A stretch of 56,960 bases of DNA from a virus. Below are positions 42,403 to 55,000 of this stretch, piece after piece. The notes beneath the pieces were generated by a model, which was given only the letters and a program-made list of their open reading frames with translations, did not search any database and had not been told where the DNA came from. The stretch spans positions 1 to 56,960 of IMG/VR virus record IMGVR_UViG_3300008223_000001; one strand, 5' to 3'. A program made the position numbers and the translations under genes. Position 1 is the stretch's first letter; each line of letters opens with the position of its first letter.

Positions 42403-43202
42403 GTTATGGTATTTCAATTCATGGTGATAATGGCAATCTGGTGATTGATGAGAACAGCGCTGCATTTGAATTCATTGGCTCCTTTACCCCCATTGAAGAT
42501 CGTTTGGCTCCAAAAGGATTAGAGGCGTTCGCAGTTGATGATTTATGGGTGTGGACGCATTGGGTTGATGTGAGCAGTCCCGATGGCCGCCCTCTGGTCT
42601 TTTTAGATATCCCGTTTGGGCCAGCAGTAGGGCTAACCGGCAATGGCGCGGCGGTAATTGGCGTTAAATTGCAACCGAGTGGCCTTTGGCGGGTGTTTTT
42701 AGTCGTGGCGTTGGGATATACCGCCCCCACAATTCGTTGTTTTGCGGAATTGAAAACCCCGTCTACTGATCAATTTGGAATGCGGATTCATCGTGCCGAT
42801 AACAGCCTTGTTTTTGACAGTGGAAAAAAAATGCTTTGGGTAAGACATCTTGGGGATATCGAAACCAAAGCCGCGTATACCATGTCATCGAGTTCGCTTG
42901 ATGAAGCAGAACCGACAAAAAATACACAAGTTGATCTCACCAGTTTGGGGGATTTGTCGCAATATGCGATTTGTTGTTATACCCGTCCTATGTGTTTTCG
43001 CTCAAACACGACCGCACATAAAGCTACGTTCTATCACTGGGTTTATAGTTATGACGGCGCTGTTTTACAGGGAAGATGGACGCGTTCATATAAGGCTTCC
43101 TTCTCAGGAAGCCTACATACAGGGGAAGGGACATACTCAGCCACCGATCGTGAGCATTATGTTCGCGAATTTGCATTGATTGATAAGGCTGCTTTCACGT
43201 AA
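42399..43202 (+). CDS. Hypothetical tail-associated protein
   Basis: 267-aa ORF, coupled by ATGA. Confidence 0.45.
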   Translation: MSYGISIHGDNGNLVIDENSAAFEFIGSFTPIEDRLAPKGLEAFAVDDLWVWTHWVDVSSPDGRPLVFLDIPFGPAVGLTGNGAAVIGVKLQPSGLWRVFLVVALGYTAPTIRCFAELKTPSTDQFGMRIHRADNSLVFDSGKKMLWVRHLGDIETKAAYTMSSSSLDEAEPTKNTQVDLTSLGDLSQYAICCYTRPMCFRSNTTAHKATFYHWVYSYDGAVLQGRWTRSYKASFSGSLHTGEGTYSATDREHYVREFALIDKAAFT

Positions 43203-43263
43203 ACTAGCCGGAACAGGATGACGCTAGACAGGATCAACTCATTATTTTTGAGGGCGTTCTCAC

Positions 43264-44064
43264 GTGCTTTCTGTTCTTCGCAGTACCGATCACGATTTAA
43301 TTTGTGATTTTCTGACCAATCCGGTTATTTTTTCTAACATTTCCAATGATGCGTGCCCCGATGCGAGTGACTATAACTTGCATGGTTTCTTGGAAAATCC
43401 AAACAATATCGCCTTGCTTATTTATGCTGGCGAGGTCTTAGTCGGCGTTAATATTTGTAAACAGCTTTCGCCGATTTGCTACGACATCCACACCAACATC
43501 TTACCCGAACATCGTAAAGAATCTGCTCTAACCGCGAATAAGAAGTGCATTGCATGGATGTTCTGTTTTACGCCTTGTCAGCGACTGGTGACCGGCGTTC
43601 CCGACGACCACACCAATGTCATCAATTTCCTTAAGCGCCTCGGCTGTCAGTTCAGTTTTTATCGTGAAGGCGTGGATCACTACCAAGGCAAGTCTCGCGG
43701 CTACAGTTATTTTAATCTGGACTTAACGCGCTGGATTGTCGTGGATAACGTTTATAAGCCGATTGCTGAAAGTATTTATTCACAAGTGGAGGAACACGAA
43801 GGCAAGAAAAATCTGACCCCTTCGGGCGACCCGATTCGCATGTCTCTGCTTGGTTATACATTCTTGACAGCCAATTGCGGCCAACGAAAAAAAGCCCAAG
43901 CGATTTATAACGAGTGGGCAAAGTGGTTGGGTCTGGACATGATCTCGATCGATGTCGATCCCCATTCAGAACTCGGCAATCCTTTAACACGGATTCAATT
44001 CAGCAACCTCACCCTTTCTTTTGACCAACATTTCAAACTTTCATTTCTTCATCGTATTTTTTAG
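43264..44064 (+). CDS. GNAT-fold-like protein (possible internal virion protein A analogue)
   Basis: GTG start. The segment LLIYAGEVLVGVNI...ILPEHRKESALTANKKCIAWMF...VINFLKRLGCQF has the spacing of a GNAT core. This is a weak call. Confidence 0.3.
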   Translation: MLSVLRSTDHDLICDFLTNPVIFSNISNDACPDASDYNLHGFLENPNNIALLIYAGEVLVGVNICKQLSPICYDIHTNILPEHRKESALTANKKCIAWMFCFTPCQRLVTGVPDDHTNVINFLKRLGCQFSFYREGVDHYQGKSRGYSYFNLDLTRWIVVDNVYKPIAESIYSQVEEHEGKKNLTPSGDPIRMSLLGYTFLTANCGQRKKAQAIYNEWAKWLGLDMISIDVDPHSELGNPLTRIQFSNLTLSFDQHFKLSFLHRIF

Positions 44065-44075
44065 GGGTAATTATT

Positions 44076-44735
44076 ATGCCAACCGCCGCAGTCACAGCCG
44101 GAATCGGTGTCGCAGGGCTTGTTCAAGGCCATCAAGATGGCAAACGTGCCGACGCCGCCAATAAGACCAGTGCCGCCATCGCCAATCGTCAGGTGCAACT
44201 TTCTGAAGACCAGTGGGATTATTACAAAGAAATCTACCAGCCACTTGAGACGCAGTTAGCCGAAGATGCGGGAATCTCCCGTGAAGAAAGCGATCGTCGT
44301 GTCGCCAGAGTCGGGGCCGACGTCGATCAACAGTTTGACGTGGCGGATGCGTCTAATACACGCATGATGACGCGCATGGGGATTAATCCCAACTCCGGTG
44401 CCTTTGATAACCGGATGACCAGCAATGCCTTAGCGAAAGCGAAAGCGAAGTCCTCAGCGACTAATGCGACCCGCATACAATCTGAAAATGATGACTTTAA
44501 TCAAAAAATGGCCGTGGCTTCTATGGGTCAAGGGATCGCAAGCAATGTCAACGCTGGCCTCTCCGGTGCATCGGCCACCATGGGCAGTCTTGCTGCCACG
44601 CATGGTTCAAATGCGTCCGCCGCGACACAGATGGGGCTGTCACTGCTAAAAGATAGCGCGAGCAATATGCCCGACTTTGATTTTGGTTTTGGTTCAAGCA
44701 CCGTTGAGCCTACCCCCACCCCACAAACCGGCTAA
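44076..44735 (+). CDS. Putative internal virion/ejection protein
   Basis: Gly/Ala/Ser-rich. N-terminal hydrophobic AAVTAGIGVAGLV. It sits upstream of the giant gene. Confidence 0.4.
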   Translation: MPTAAVTAGIGVAGLVQGHQDGKRADAANKTSAAIANRQVQLSEDQWDYYKEIYQPLETQLAEDAGISREESDRRVARVGADVDQQFDVADASNTRMMTRMGINPNSGAFDNRMTSNALAKAKAKSSATNATRIQSENDDFNQKMAVASMGQGIASNVNAGLSGASATMGSLAATHGSNASAATQMGLSLLKDSASNMPDFDFGFGSSTVEPTPTPQTG

Positions 44736-44785
44736 GCAATCTCAAGCAGATAGGTAACGGGTTTTTAATTATTTAGGAGTGAGAT

Positions 44786-46066
44786 ATGTCGGGTTTTGGG
44801 TACATGGCAAGGGGCTATAACAATTTTCGCAGAGAAAGTCGTCGTGAAGATATTCAAGATGAACAGCGCGAGCGAACCACAGATAGTTATGAGTATGAAA
44901 AAGGGCTACGTCCTTTGAAAGAAGAGGCGTTACGTGCAGATATAGAGGCTAAGAAAGCGAATGGCGTGGGCTTAGGTTTAAACAATAAACTGAAGCAAAA
45001 CGACGTCGATCGACTTCCAACGACCAATGCGACGACGGATAAGAAAACCGAACTCGGCTTAAAAGCGCTCAAACAAGAAACCGATCAAAATGACATCGAA
45101 AGCGATTTTCTTCGTCAAGGTTTGGAAGATAAACAGACCTTAACCCAACAACAAATTAAGTCGAACCAGATGTCGCAAAGTATGATTGGTGAAAAATGGG
45201 ATGAAGAGAAAAACGCATGGTCAGATAAAGCGCGCATTCTCGCCTCGACCGCGACCAATGCCGAATTACAAACCTTGATTGCTGAAATTGACTTGGATAA
45301 TGCGAGGCTTGTTCAAGGCGTGAAGTCGGCCGAAACTGAAACCGCGCTCATGGGAAATCTCACTAAGCAACAAGCCCTTGTGTATAAGTTAATGGTCAAT
45401 GGTGAGAGCAAGATGGCGGCCGATTCATTGAACCGCAATAAGTTCAACGACATCGATACTGCCGCTGATATTTTCATTGATGACAAGACGGGTGACGCCA
45501 TCATTCTCGATGCGTCTGGTGAGGAGCTTAAGCGTATTACGAAAGAGCAGATGGACGGTTTCGCCCGTTTGTTTGATGAAAATACGACTAAAAAGGACAC
45601 GTACCAGCAAGACAGCACCGGCAAGTACTTCAAAGTCAGGGGCAATACGGCCTCGCCTGTTACGACGCCTGATGGTGAGCAGTTAGTGGGCGGTTTACCC
45701 AAAGGCTCCGGTAAATCGAGCGCCGGTGCGGTATCGGATAAGAAGTCTTTCCAAATTTCAATTAAGTATGGGGATGGAAAAGTTGAGGAGAAGAACTGGA
45801 CGAAAGCCGAGGCGCAGAAACACTATGAACAAAAATACAGCCTCATCCCGTCCGAACAATTAGATCAATTAATGCTGTCTGACCCGAAAGCGTGGAAATC
45901 CGCACTGCAAGAAAATAACGCTGCGCGTGAAGGTATTCCAAAGCTTGAAGAGTGGTTAGGCGATGTGATGAGCAATGGCATCCAATTAGGTGGCGGTGGC
46001 TTGCCTAGAAAAGAAGTTGCTGATGATGATGGTTCAAATGATGCGTTTTTTGAGGGCTTGAAGTAA
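44786..46066 (+). CDS. Putative internal virion/ejection protein (coiled coil)
   Basis: 426 aa, preceded by aggagtg. Its stop overlaps the ATG of the giant ORF. Confidence 0.4.
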   Translation: MSGFGYMARGYNNFRRESRREDIQDEQRERTTDSYEYEKGLRPLKEEALRADIEAKKANGVGLGLNNKLKQNDVDRLPTTNATTDKKTELGLKALKQETDQNDIESDFLRQGLEDKQTLTQQQIKSNQMSQSMIGEKWDEEKNAWSDKARILASTATNAELQTLIAEIDLDNARLVQGVKSAETETALMGNLTKQQALVYKLMVNGESKMAADSLNRNKFNDIDTAADIFIDDKTGDAIILDASGEELKRITKEQMDGFARLFDENTTKKDTYQQDSTGKYFKVRGNTASPVTTPDGEQLVGGLPKGSGKSSAGAVSDKKSFQISIKYGDGKVEEKNWTKAEAQKHYEQKYSLIPSEQLDQLMLSDPKAWKSALQENNAAREGIPKLEEWLGDVMSNGIQLGGGGLPRKEVADDDGSNDAFFEGLK

Positions 46067-49000
46067 TGGGAATTGAAGAACGCTGGAAAGGGGTTGAAGA
46101 AGACGAACGTTTTAGCAGTTTAGATGATGTGGGTAAAACCAAGGTTAAAGACAATTTCTTTAATCAGTATGTCACACCACGAGTCGCAGAAGACAAGCTA
46201 GACGTGGCGCGTGAACGTTTTGATGGTATTGCGTCCCCTGTTGTTGCGTATGACTATGTAAAGTCGATGGCCGGTGGTGCTGCCTCAATGGTGCAAGGGC
46301 TAAGTTGGTTAGCCAATAAAGGCACCGGTGGCGCTATTGATGAGAAATTTAATAAAGTGCTTGGTCGTTCCTTAACGGATATGGGCGGGGATGCCGCGAA
46401 GTATTGGACAGATAAGTTTTCAGCCAGCATGAAGCGATCGGCGTCTAAGCGTTTTATCTCAGATAAAGAAGGTGAAATCTTTGGGGATGCAATGTTAGAT
46501 CCTCATGCATGGGGCAACACGTTCGCGCAATCTATCCCAATGATGGTGCCTGGTATTGCCGCTGCCGGTCTCACGGCTAAAGCCTCGGTCGCAAGATCGC
46601 TTGGCGGTAAAGTCTTTGCGACAGAATCCGCGAAGAAAGTCGCTGAGAAAATCGCGATGAAGAAGGCAGCAGGAACCGCCGCTGTAGTGGGTTCAACCGC
46701 TGAAGGGACAATTAGTGCGGGGATGATTGGCCATAAAGTCGAGAGTCATATTCTCGGCATGAAACCCGAAGATTTAGTGGGTTCACCGTTTTTTGATGAA
46801 TTGATTGATAGTGGTATGGAAGTCGAAGCCGCACAAAAAGAACTCGCCCATAAAGCCAGTTTGAGTGCCGCTTTACCGGCCGGTGTCATGGTCGGTTTGC
46901 TAGGTTTCCACTTTAATAAGATGGTCGGTGATGCCGTGGTCGGTGGCCTATCCACGAATGTCGCCAAAGAAGCCGGTAAAGGCGCTGCACTCGAAGGCAC
47001 CACCGAAATCGCTCAAGGTTTGGCAGAAGGCATGATGGAGCAATCCACGCTGAACTCTGCGGCCAATGTTGACTTTAAACCACGCGATATCGCCAATGAT
47101 GCGGTCGCAGGTTTAGGGGCCGGTTCGAGCATGGGTTTTGCGGTCGGGGCTGGCGGCAGTATTAACAGCAATATTAAGCAGTACAAAGAAAACAAAGCAG
47201 GCACAGCACCGGATTCCGAAGAAAATGGAGCCCCACAACCGGAACCTGAAAATGATCTAGATGAGCAGCTCGAAACACTGCGTTCAGCCGGTGCCGATTT
47301 GCAGTCACAAATGATGCAAACCGATGATCAAAACGAAATTGCCGCACTACGTTCTGCCTTAGAAGAGGTACATACCCAAGCGTCCAACTTAGTTGAAGAG
47401 AATTATGAAGCGCCACCCGTCGATGGCGTTGAGGTCGATCAGGTATTAACTGAGCATGAGGCGCAGCGTGAAGAGATCCCTACCTTAACTGAGGAGGTAA
47501 AGCCGGAACGCATCGAACCGACGGATGAGCTTAATGCCGCCTTGAAAGAAGAGTTTCCGGAAATGCGCAGTTTTAGTGGCGATCAAGGTGAAAGCGCTTT
47601 TGAGTACCACCCTGAAGACTTTGATCAAGACTTAGAATTGGACGACTACGGGCAAGAACTCGCTGTCACGATCAATGAGGCACGTCACGCCGGTGTTAGC
47701 GAAACAGAACTTGAGAATGCCTTAGCCGGTGAAGCCGACGACAACCTTGTTCATGCCATTAACCAATTAACCCACGGGAGATTAAATTTTGAAACACAAA
47801 GCATTGGAACAAGCGAACCGGTGGCAGATGAAACCGCCGAAGTTACGCAAGCAGAATCAAGCAGTCAGCCAGCCAAGCCAGCCAGTATCACCAGTGAAGA
47901 AATAAGCGAAAAGGCCAATCAAGCTGCCACGTCGCCCACGAATGATTTAGCCGAGCCAACCCAAGCACAGAAAGAATCCGGCAATTATAAGAAGGGTGCG
48001 CCCTTTAAGTTGCACGGCTTGAATGTCGTGATTGAAAACCCGAAAGACTCCACTCGCTCCGGAGAGGACGAAAAAGGAAAGGCATGGTCGAATACCATGG
48101 GTGCTCACTATGGCGATATTAAAGGCACAAAAGGCGCTGATGGGGATGCACTCGATATCTTTATCGGCCCTAACCCTGAAGTCGATAAGTTCTATGTGAT
48201 CGATCAAATCAACCCGAACGATGGGACGTTTGACGAACATAAAATCATGTCGGGATTCAAGACCGCTGAAGAAGCCAAAGCCGCTTACTTATCATCATAC
48301 GATAAAGACTGGCAAGGCATTGGTGATATGCAATTCGCCACTAAGCAAGGCTTGGGTGCATGGATCAAAAAAGCGGATACCACGAAGCCCTATTATTCTA
48401 AAAGCACACTGCCATTAAAATCTAGCGCGGCAGAAGTAGTGCAAAAAGACACTACAGAAGTAGCGCAAAAGGAACCGCAAGATGTAGCGCAGAATAGCAC
48501 TACCTTAGACTTGATTGATTTTTCAGAAAAAGCCTATCTAGTGAAAGGTGAAACGAAAGTTCATAAAGAAAAGTTACAAGCACTTGGCGGCTCGTTCAAT
48601 CGTAAGCACCAAGGGTGGATGTACTCTAAGAAACGATCCGGCGAAAAGCTGAAAGCATTTGTTGATGATATCAACCGTTATCCTGACATCGAGAAGGATG
48701 TTGCGACGTGGAAAAGTGTAAATCCTTCTAGCGTACAGCCAGAATCATCCGTTGAAGGATTCAAACAAGGTCATCGCGATCGTAAAGACGGTAAACCGGC
48801 CGACCGATCGAAGGGTCACGCTTACGAGTTAGGCTTTTCGCTTGCATCCAAGAACCATGCAATTGACAAGAATGAAACCAAAGTTGATGAGGTGAATCAT
48901 GGACAAGTTCAGAAAGAAAGCACAACACCACAAATCAAAATTATCGAAACGAACCAAGAAGTACTTTCAGCTAAAGAAAAGGATCGAGACACATCCGCAC

Positions 49001-52000
49001 CGGTACAAGGATCAAGTGGAAGCAACGGACAAGTAGAGGGCAAACCAAACTCTAGGCCGAACTCACAGCCTAAGGCTGGCCTAGAGAATGATGAAGCAAG
49101 CCCCGCACAGCCTAGATCTCTTTCTAAAAGTTCCGAACAACTTTCGGATAAACCCAAGCCTAGCCTAAAGAAAAAAGCTAAGCCTAAGCTCCATAAAACT
49201 ATTGATCGTCTTGAAAACTACTTCAAACCCGATCGCATTGTGAAGTCATATTTTGGCCAAGACAAAGTGATTAGCTTTGAGCGTGGTGATGATAACAAGT
49301 GGACGGTCGTCGTTGCAGAAGCTGATGCAGACGGCAAGGTTATTGGCGATTCACGAAGCCATAGCACCGCCCCCTCAAACAAAGAGCTTTTAGCGTGGGA
49401 AAAGACTAATCCTATTGGTGCTGAAGACAAAGCGACACAATCCGTCGCCAAGAATGAAGGCACCGCACCGGAGCATTTAGGCAATGAAGGCAAGCCGCTT
49501 GACCATAAAAATAAGTTTTCCCCCGCATTTGAAGGGGAAGTCATTGAGCACGCTGTTCTAGATGAGGGTATCGAGTTACTTGAGATCGATAAGAAGGCGT
49601 TTGCAGAAATAATTAATTCCCGTGTTGATTTGTTTACCTCGCCTAAAAACTTGGTGCTCAATGCTAAGCGCGTGAATGAAAGCGAAATATTACAACCGCC
49701 AGAGAGGCCGGTAGGCTTAGAGTACGGAGTATGGGAAATAAAAGCTCGTTCAGAGGTGGTCGCAGAGCTTAAAGCCGACATGCGGGGCGAAGGTTATAAA
49801 TCCCCAGCAAGCGGCGAACGTATCATCATTGAATTGCTTAACGACGAGGGGAAGCCTGTATCTAAAGCCAACGGCTCTACCAGAAATAATACATACAGAA
49901 TTCGATCAAATTATAATAATCGCTTCACCGAAGCTCCCCGCTTACTCTTAGAAAAGCCAAAGGCGAGAGTTAAGTTTCGTGAAGAGATTGTGAAACATAA
50001 AGATTCAGATACAGCTTATGACAAAATGCGTGCCGCCGCTAACGCGATGTGGCTTGAGCTTGACAGAGACATCATGGTGCGCGATCAATGGGTTTCTCAT
50101 GCCATTGCACAAAGTGAAGATTCAGCGACACACCGCGAGAACAGTCAGCGAACAATCCTCTCTCTTTTTGATTACACCGGTATGTGGGGCCAACCTTATG
50201 CTGATGCTGGCTACAACGTTATCCCGTTAGACATTCAGAACGGGCATGACATCCTAGATTTAAACCATGAATATTTATCAGAAGTACTCGGCATTGAAGG
50301 GGAAATCTATGGCATTTTAGCCGCGTGTCCGTGTACTGACTTTTCTAATGCCGGCGCACGTCATTATCCGCCAAAAGATGCAGACGGCCGAACCGAAGCA
50401 AGTAAAGAATTGGTGATCGCAACCTTGGAAGCGATCGAAGCCATCGACCCTAAGTTTTGGGTGCTTGAAAATCCGATTGGACGCATTGAAAAGTTAACCG
50501 GTTTACCCAATGCGCGCATGAATTTTGACCCGTGGCAGTTTGGCCATGCCTACACCAAGAAAACCTATCTTTGGGGTAAGTTCAATACTGACTTGCCACT
50601 TGCACCGGTTGATCCCGTGATGGGCAGTAAGATGCACGCAAAGTATGGCGGTAAATCGATTGCGACCAAGAATGCGCGCAGTAAAACCCCTGAGAATTTT
50701 GCTTACTCTTTCTTTATGGCCAATAACTTTGCCGATGCGACACCAGAGAAGCGATTAACGGATGAATACCCCGAAGTCTCCGGAGCGGTTAAAGCCGCAT
50801 TGAATGGCGGTATCAGTGAAGATCGAATCCATGAACTCATCGAGTTCGATTATGGCAATCAGGATTATGCAGATGCTCGAAAAGTATTGGCTGATGAGAT
50901 CCTAAAGACAAACCCAACAGAAAGTAGTAAGGTTCAACAGAGCCAGATTACTAAGGATAAAGCGCATGTCAAAGATCCAAACAACGATAGCCGAAACGAT
51001 CAAAGAACTGAATCCAAGCAAGTACCAGGCACTGATGAAATCGGGGGATCTGGACGTGATGTTGTGGGACTATCAGGAACAGGTAAGCGAAGTGGCAAGC
51101 CGAGCAGCAACAGTAGCAGTGCGCGCGTTGACGAATCCAACGACGCTGGAAAGAACACAAGCGATGCAGCAAGCAGCGAATCAAGCAACGGAGATCGAGC
51201 TAAGCCAGATACTGGAAGAAGTGACACTCCTATATCAGAAAACTACCGCATAACGAGCAAAGACAAGCTTGGCGAAGGTAAACCGCTCGAAAAAGCCCGT
51301 GCTAACCTCGATGCCATTGGCATTATTAAAACACTTCAAAAAGAAAACAGACCCGCCTCAGATGCCGAACGCGCCCAGCTTGTAAAATACACCGGTTGGG
51401 GAGCCGGTGCTTTAGCCAACAACCTTTTTCCGACTAAAGGCGAGCCGTCCGGTTCATGGAAAGGCTTATACGATGAAATGCGTGAGCTATTAACGCCAGA
51501 AGAACTGACCACGGCTTCACGTAGTACTCAGTACGCGCATTACACACCCAAGGCAGTGATTGATTCCATCTATAAAGCATTGGGCAATATGGGCTTTAAA
51601 CGAGGCATGACGCTTGAGGGTGGATTAGGCACCGGTCACTTTATTGGGCTCGCACCGAAGAAAATGCACATGGAGTACGTGGGCGTTGAAATGGATGGCA
51701 TAAGTGCCGCTATTGGTAAAGCGCTCTACCCTAACGCCAGCGTTATTCATGGTGACTTTACCCGCATTGGTTTACCTGAAAACTTCTTTGATTTGTCGAT
51801 CGGCAATCCACCGTTCGCGAGTATTACCGTCAAGAGTGATCCTAAGTACAAAGCACTCGGCTTTAAGCTGCATGATTACTTTATTGCCAAACAAATAGAC
51901 TCCGTGAAAGCCGGTGGTTTAGCGGTATTTGTGACCAGCAAAGGCACGATGGATAAAGTTGATAGCGCTGCGCGTGATTACTTGGCAGACAAAGCGAACT

Positions 52001-55000
52001 TATTAGGGGCGATGCGTTTACCACAAACTGCTTTTAAAGCCAGTGCAGGCACCGAAGTAGTGACCGATATTCTATTTTTTCAGAAGAAGCCGGAAAGATT
52101 TAATGAAAAGGGTGAGAAAGAAAAAGTAGACGGCGGCCACACTTGGCAGGGCTTGAGAACAATCAGCACACCCGATGGCACCGCTAAGATCAATCAATAC
52201 TTTGCGAGCAATCCGGACATGATTTTGGGTGAGTCTCGTCTAACCAGTAGCCGGTTTGGAGGCAACGAATACACCGTCGCGCCAACAGGAAACATCAACA
52301 CCTTGCTCAAAGAGGCAGTGGCAAAACTGCCGAGTAATTTGGTTGAACGCAATCCGACCGTGAAAGAATTGGATGAGCGCGCACGCTTGTATGATTTTGG
52401 CCCGAAGCGTAAAGAAGACTCGTTTTATGTCGGTGGCAAAGGTGATATTCGTGTTATCCGTGACGGCTTTGGTCAGTCGGTGCCAGTGAGAGGGGGCGAG
52501 CAGCGTTCCGGACTCACTAAGAAGCAAGCTGAAATTATTCGTGACTACATTCCGATGCGTGATGCGGTGATGAAGGTCTATGCCGAACAGTTTAGCGATG
52601 GGGATTGGAAAGGCGCACAGAAAGCACTCAGTAAAGAATATGAGGCTTTTGTTAAAAAACACGGCCCGATCAATCAATCTAAAACCACCATCCGTAAAGA
52701 TGGCGTTGAAATGATTCGCGAGCCGGTATTATCCGCCTTGGATCTTGATCCAGAAGCCTATCGTGTTGCGGGTATTGAACATTATGATGCCACCACGAAC
52801 ACCGGTGAAAAGGCCGACATCTTTACCAAAAAGATTATCGATCGCAACGCCAGCACGTCCATTGAAACCGCCGCCGACGCGATGAATGTCACGCTCAATG
52901 AGCGCGGATTCTTGGATATCGAATATTTGATTGAGAAGTACAACCAACCTTTAGAAGACGTATTGACCGAGCTAGGTGAAGCCGCTTACCTTAATCCGGA
53001 AACCGAAAGCTATGTGACGGCGGATGATTACTTATCTGGCAACGTAAAACAAAAGCTTTATTTGGCGAAGAAAGCGGCGAAAGATGATAAGACCTATGGC
53101 CGGAACGTTGAAGCCTTAGAATCGGTGCAACCTGACGATATGCCGGTCTCACGTATACCGATGAACTTAGGCGCGCACTGGATTCCGGCGACGATCGTTG
53201 AGGAATTTGCGAAAGAGACCATTGGGCTTACGGGCACGGTAACGAGTTTTATCAAGGGTGATAAATCCAGTTGGGATGTGACCGGCCAAACATTAATGGG
53301 TAAGTTCGGCACCGGAAGAATGAGCCCACATAAACTTTTATCTGCCGCACTGAATAAGAAAACCGTAGTGATCCGTGATTCCGATCCGAGTGGCGAGAAA
53401 GGCGCGACGGTAATTAATAAGCCGGAAACTGCTGCTGCCAATCAAAAGATCCAAGAGCTTAAAGCTGCGTTTGAAAAGTGGGCACTCAATAATGTTGAAG
53501 TCTCTGAGCAGTTGCATGAGATCTACAATCGCGACTTCAATACCATGGTGCCACGGCAGTACAATGGCGACCACCTAACGTTACCGCGTTTATCGAGCAA
53601 GTATGTGCTGCACAAGTGGCAGAAAGATGTCGTGTGGCGCATTCTGCAAACCGGCAATACTTACATGGCGCATGATGTGGGGGCGGGTAAAACGCTTGCC
53701 TCCACCGTGGCCGGTATGGAATTAAAACGCCTTGGTTTGGCGAAAAAGCCGACGTATGTTGTGCTCAAGTCAACGCTTAAACAGTTTGCGACCGAGTTAT
53801 TAGACGCGTATCCGGATGCGAATATTTTAGTCGCAGATGAACGTCAGCTAGATAAGAAGAACCGTCGTCGTTTCCTCGCCAAAATAGCGAACAATGATTA
53901 TGACGCCATTATCATGACGCATGAATCTTTTGAAACCATCCCGATGTCGGATGAGTTTGTGACCGATTATATAAATGGCCAGCTAAAAGAATACCAAGAG
54001 ACCCTTGAAAGTATCGATGAAGCAGATCGCGCAAGCCGGAAAACGGTTGAGGGACAAATTGAGTCGCTCAATAACCAGTTAGTCGCACTGAATAACCAAG
54101 GTAAGAAAGATAAAGGGATCACTTTTCAGGAAACAGGCATTGATTTTGTCTTTGTCGATGAAGCGCATCACCACAAGAAGATCCCCTTCCCGACTAATCA
54201 AAGCAATACTAAAGGCGTGGACTCTAGCGGATCGCAACGCGCGCAAGATCTATTTATGAAGTCGCGTTACCTGAACAGCATCAAACCAAACAAAAATTTG
54301 GTGTTGATGAGTGGTACGCCGGTGACGAATACCTTGGGCGAAGTGTTTAACATTCAACGTTATCTACAGCCCGACGCACTTGAAGCCGGTAAAGTTTCTT
54401 CGTTTGATGCGTGGTCAGCGACGTTCGCTGATACCGTGACGGAATTAGAAATGCAAGCGAGCGGCGGTTTTAAGCCGGTGACCCGTTTGGCGAGGTTTGT
54501 TGGCATACCTGCCCTACTCCGTGACTTCTTGCGTATTGCCGATATCGTATCGAATAAAACCCTGAGTGAGTCACTAACCATTAAGCGGCCTGAAATCGAA
54601 ACCGGCGCACGTCAGATGTTGACGACGAAGCGCACGCCAGAATTGGCGCAATTTCAGAAAGAGTTAGGCGCACGTATTAAGGCCTTAGAAAACAAAAAAG
54701 GCGGAGCCAAAAAAGGCGAAGATAATACCCTAGTGATCATCACAGATGGCCGAAAAGCGGCTTATGATATGCGCATGGTGGGGCGTGAACAGACGGGGCC
54801 GAGTAAAATCGATTTACTCATCGATGAGGTGGCCAAAGAGTATCACGCTACTTCTGACGATGTGTACGCCATCAAAGGCAAACCCGAAGTCTTGAAAGGA
54901 TCGGCACAATTGATCTTTACTGAATTAGCGAAGGCGAGCGGATTTAATATCTATGAATACATTCGCACAGAGTTAGTTAAGAAAGGCGTCCCCGAAAAGG

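Noticed and set aside
50966-51253. 95-aa plus-strand ORF in an alternative frame inside the giant gene (MSKIQTTIAETIKELNPSKYQALMKSGDLD...), which reads like a real helical protein. Two antisense ORFs are also open here.
   Set aside because: This stretch is visibly T-poor, so stop codons are rare and four of six frames stay open. The main frame here is a Ser/Asn/Lys-rich linker, which is normal between modules of polyvalent proteins. There is no RBS or other support for an overprinted gene. Ribosome profiling could revisit this.
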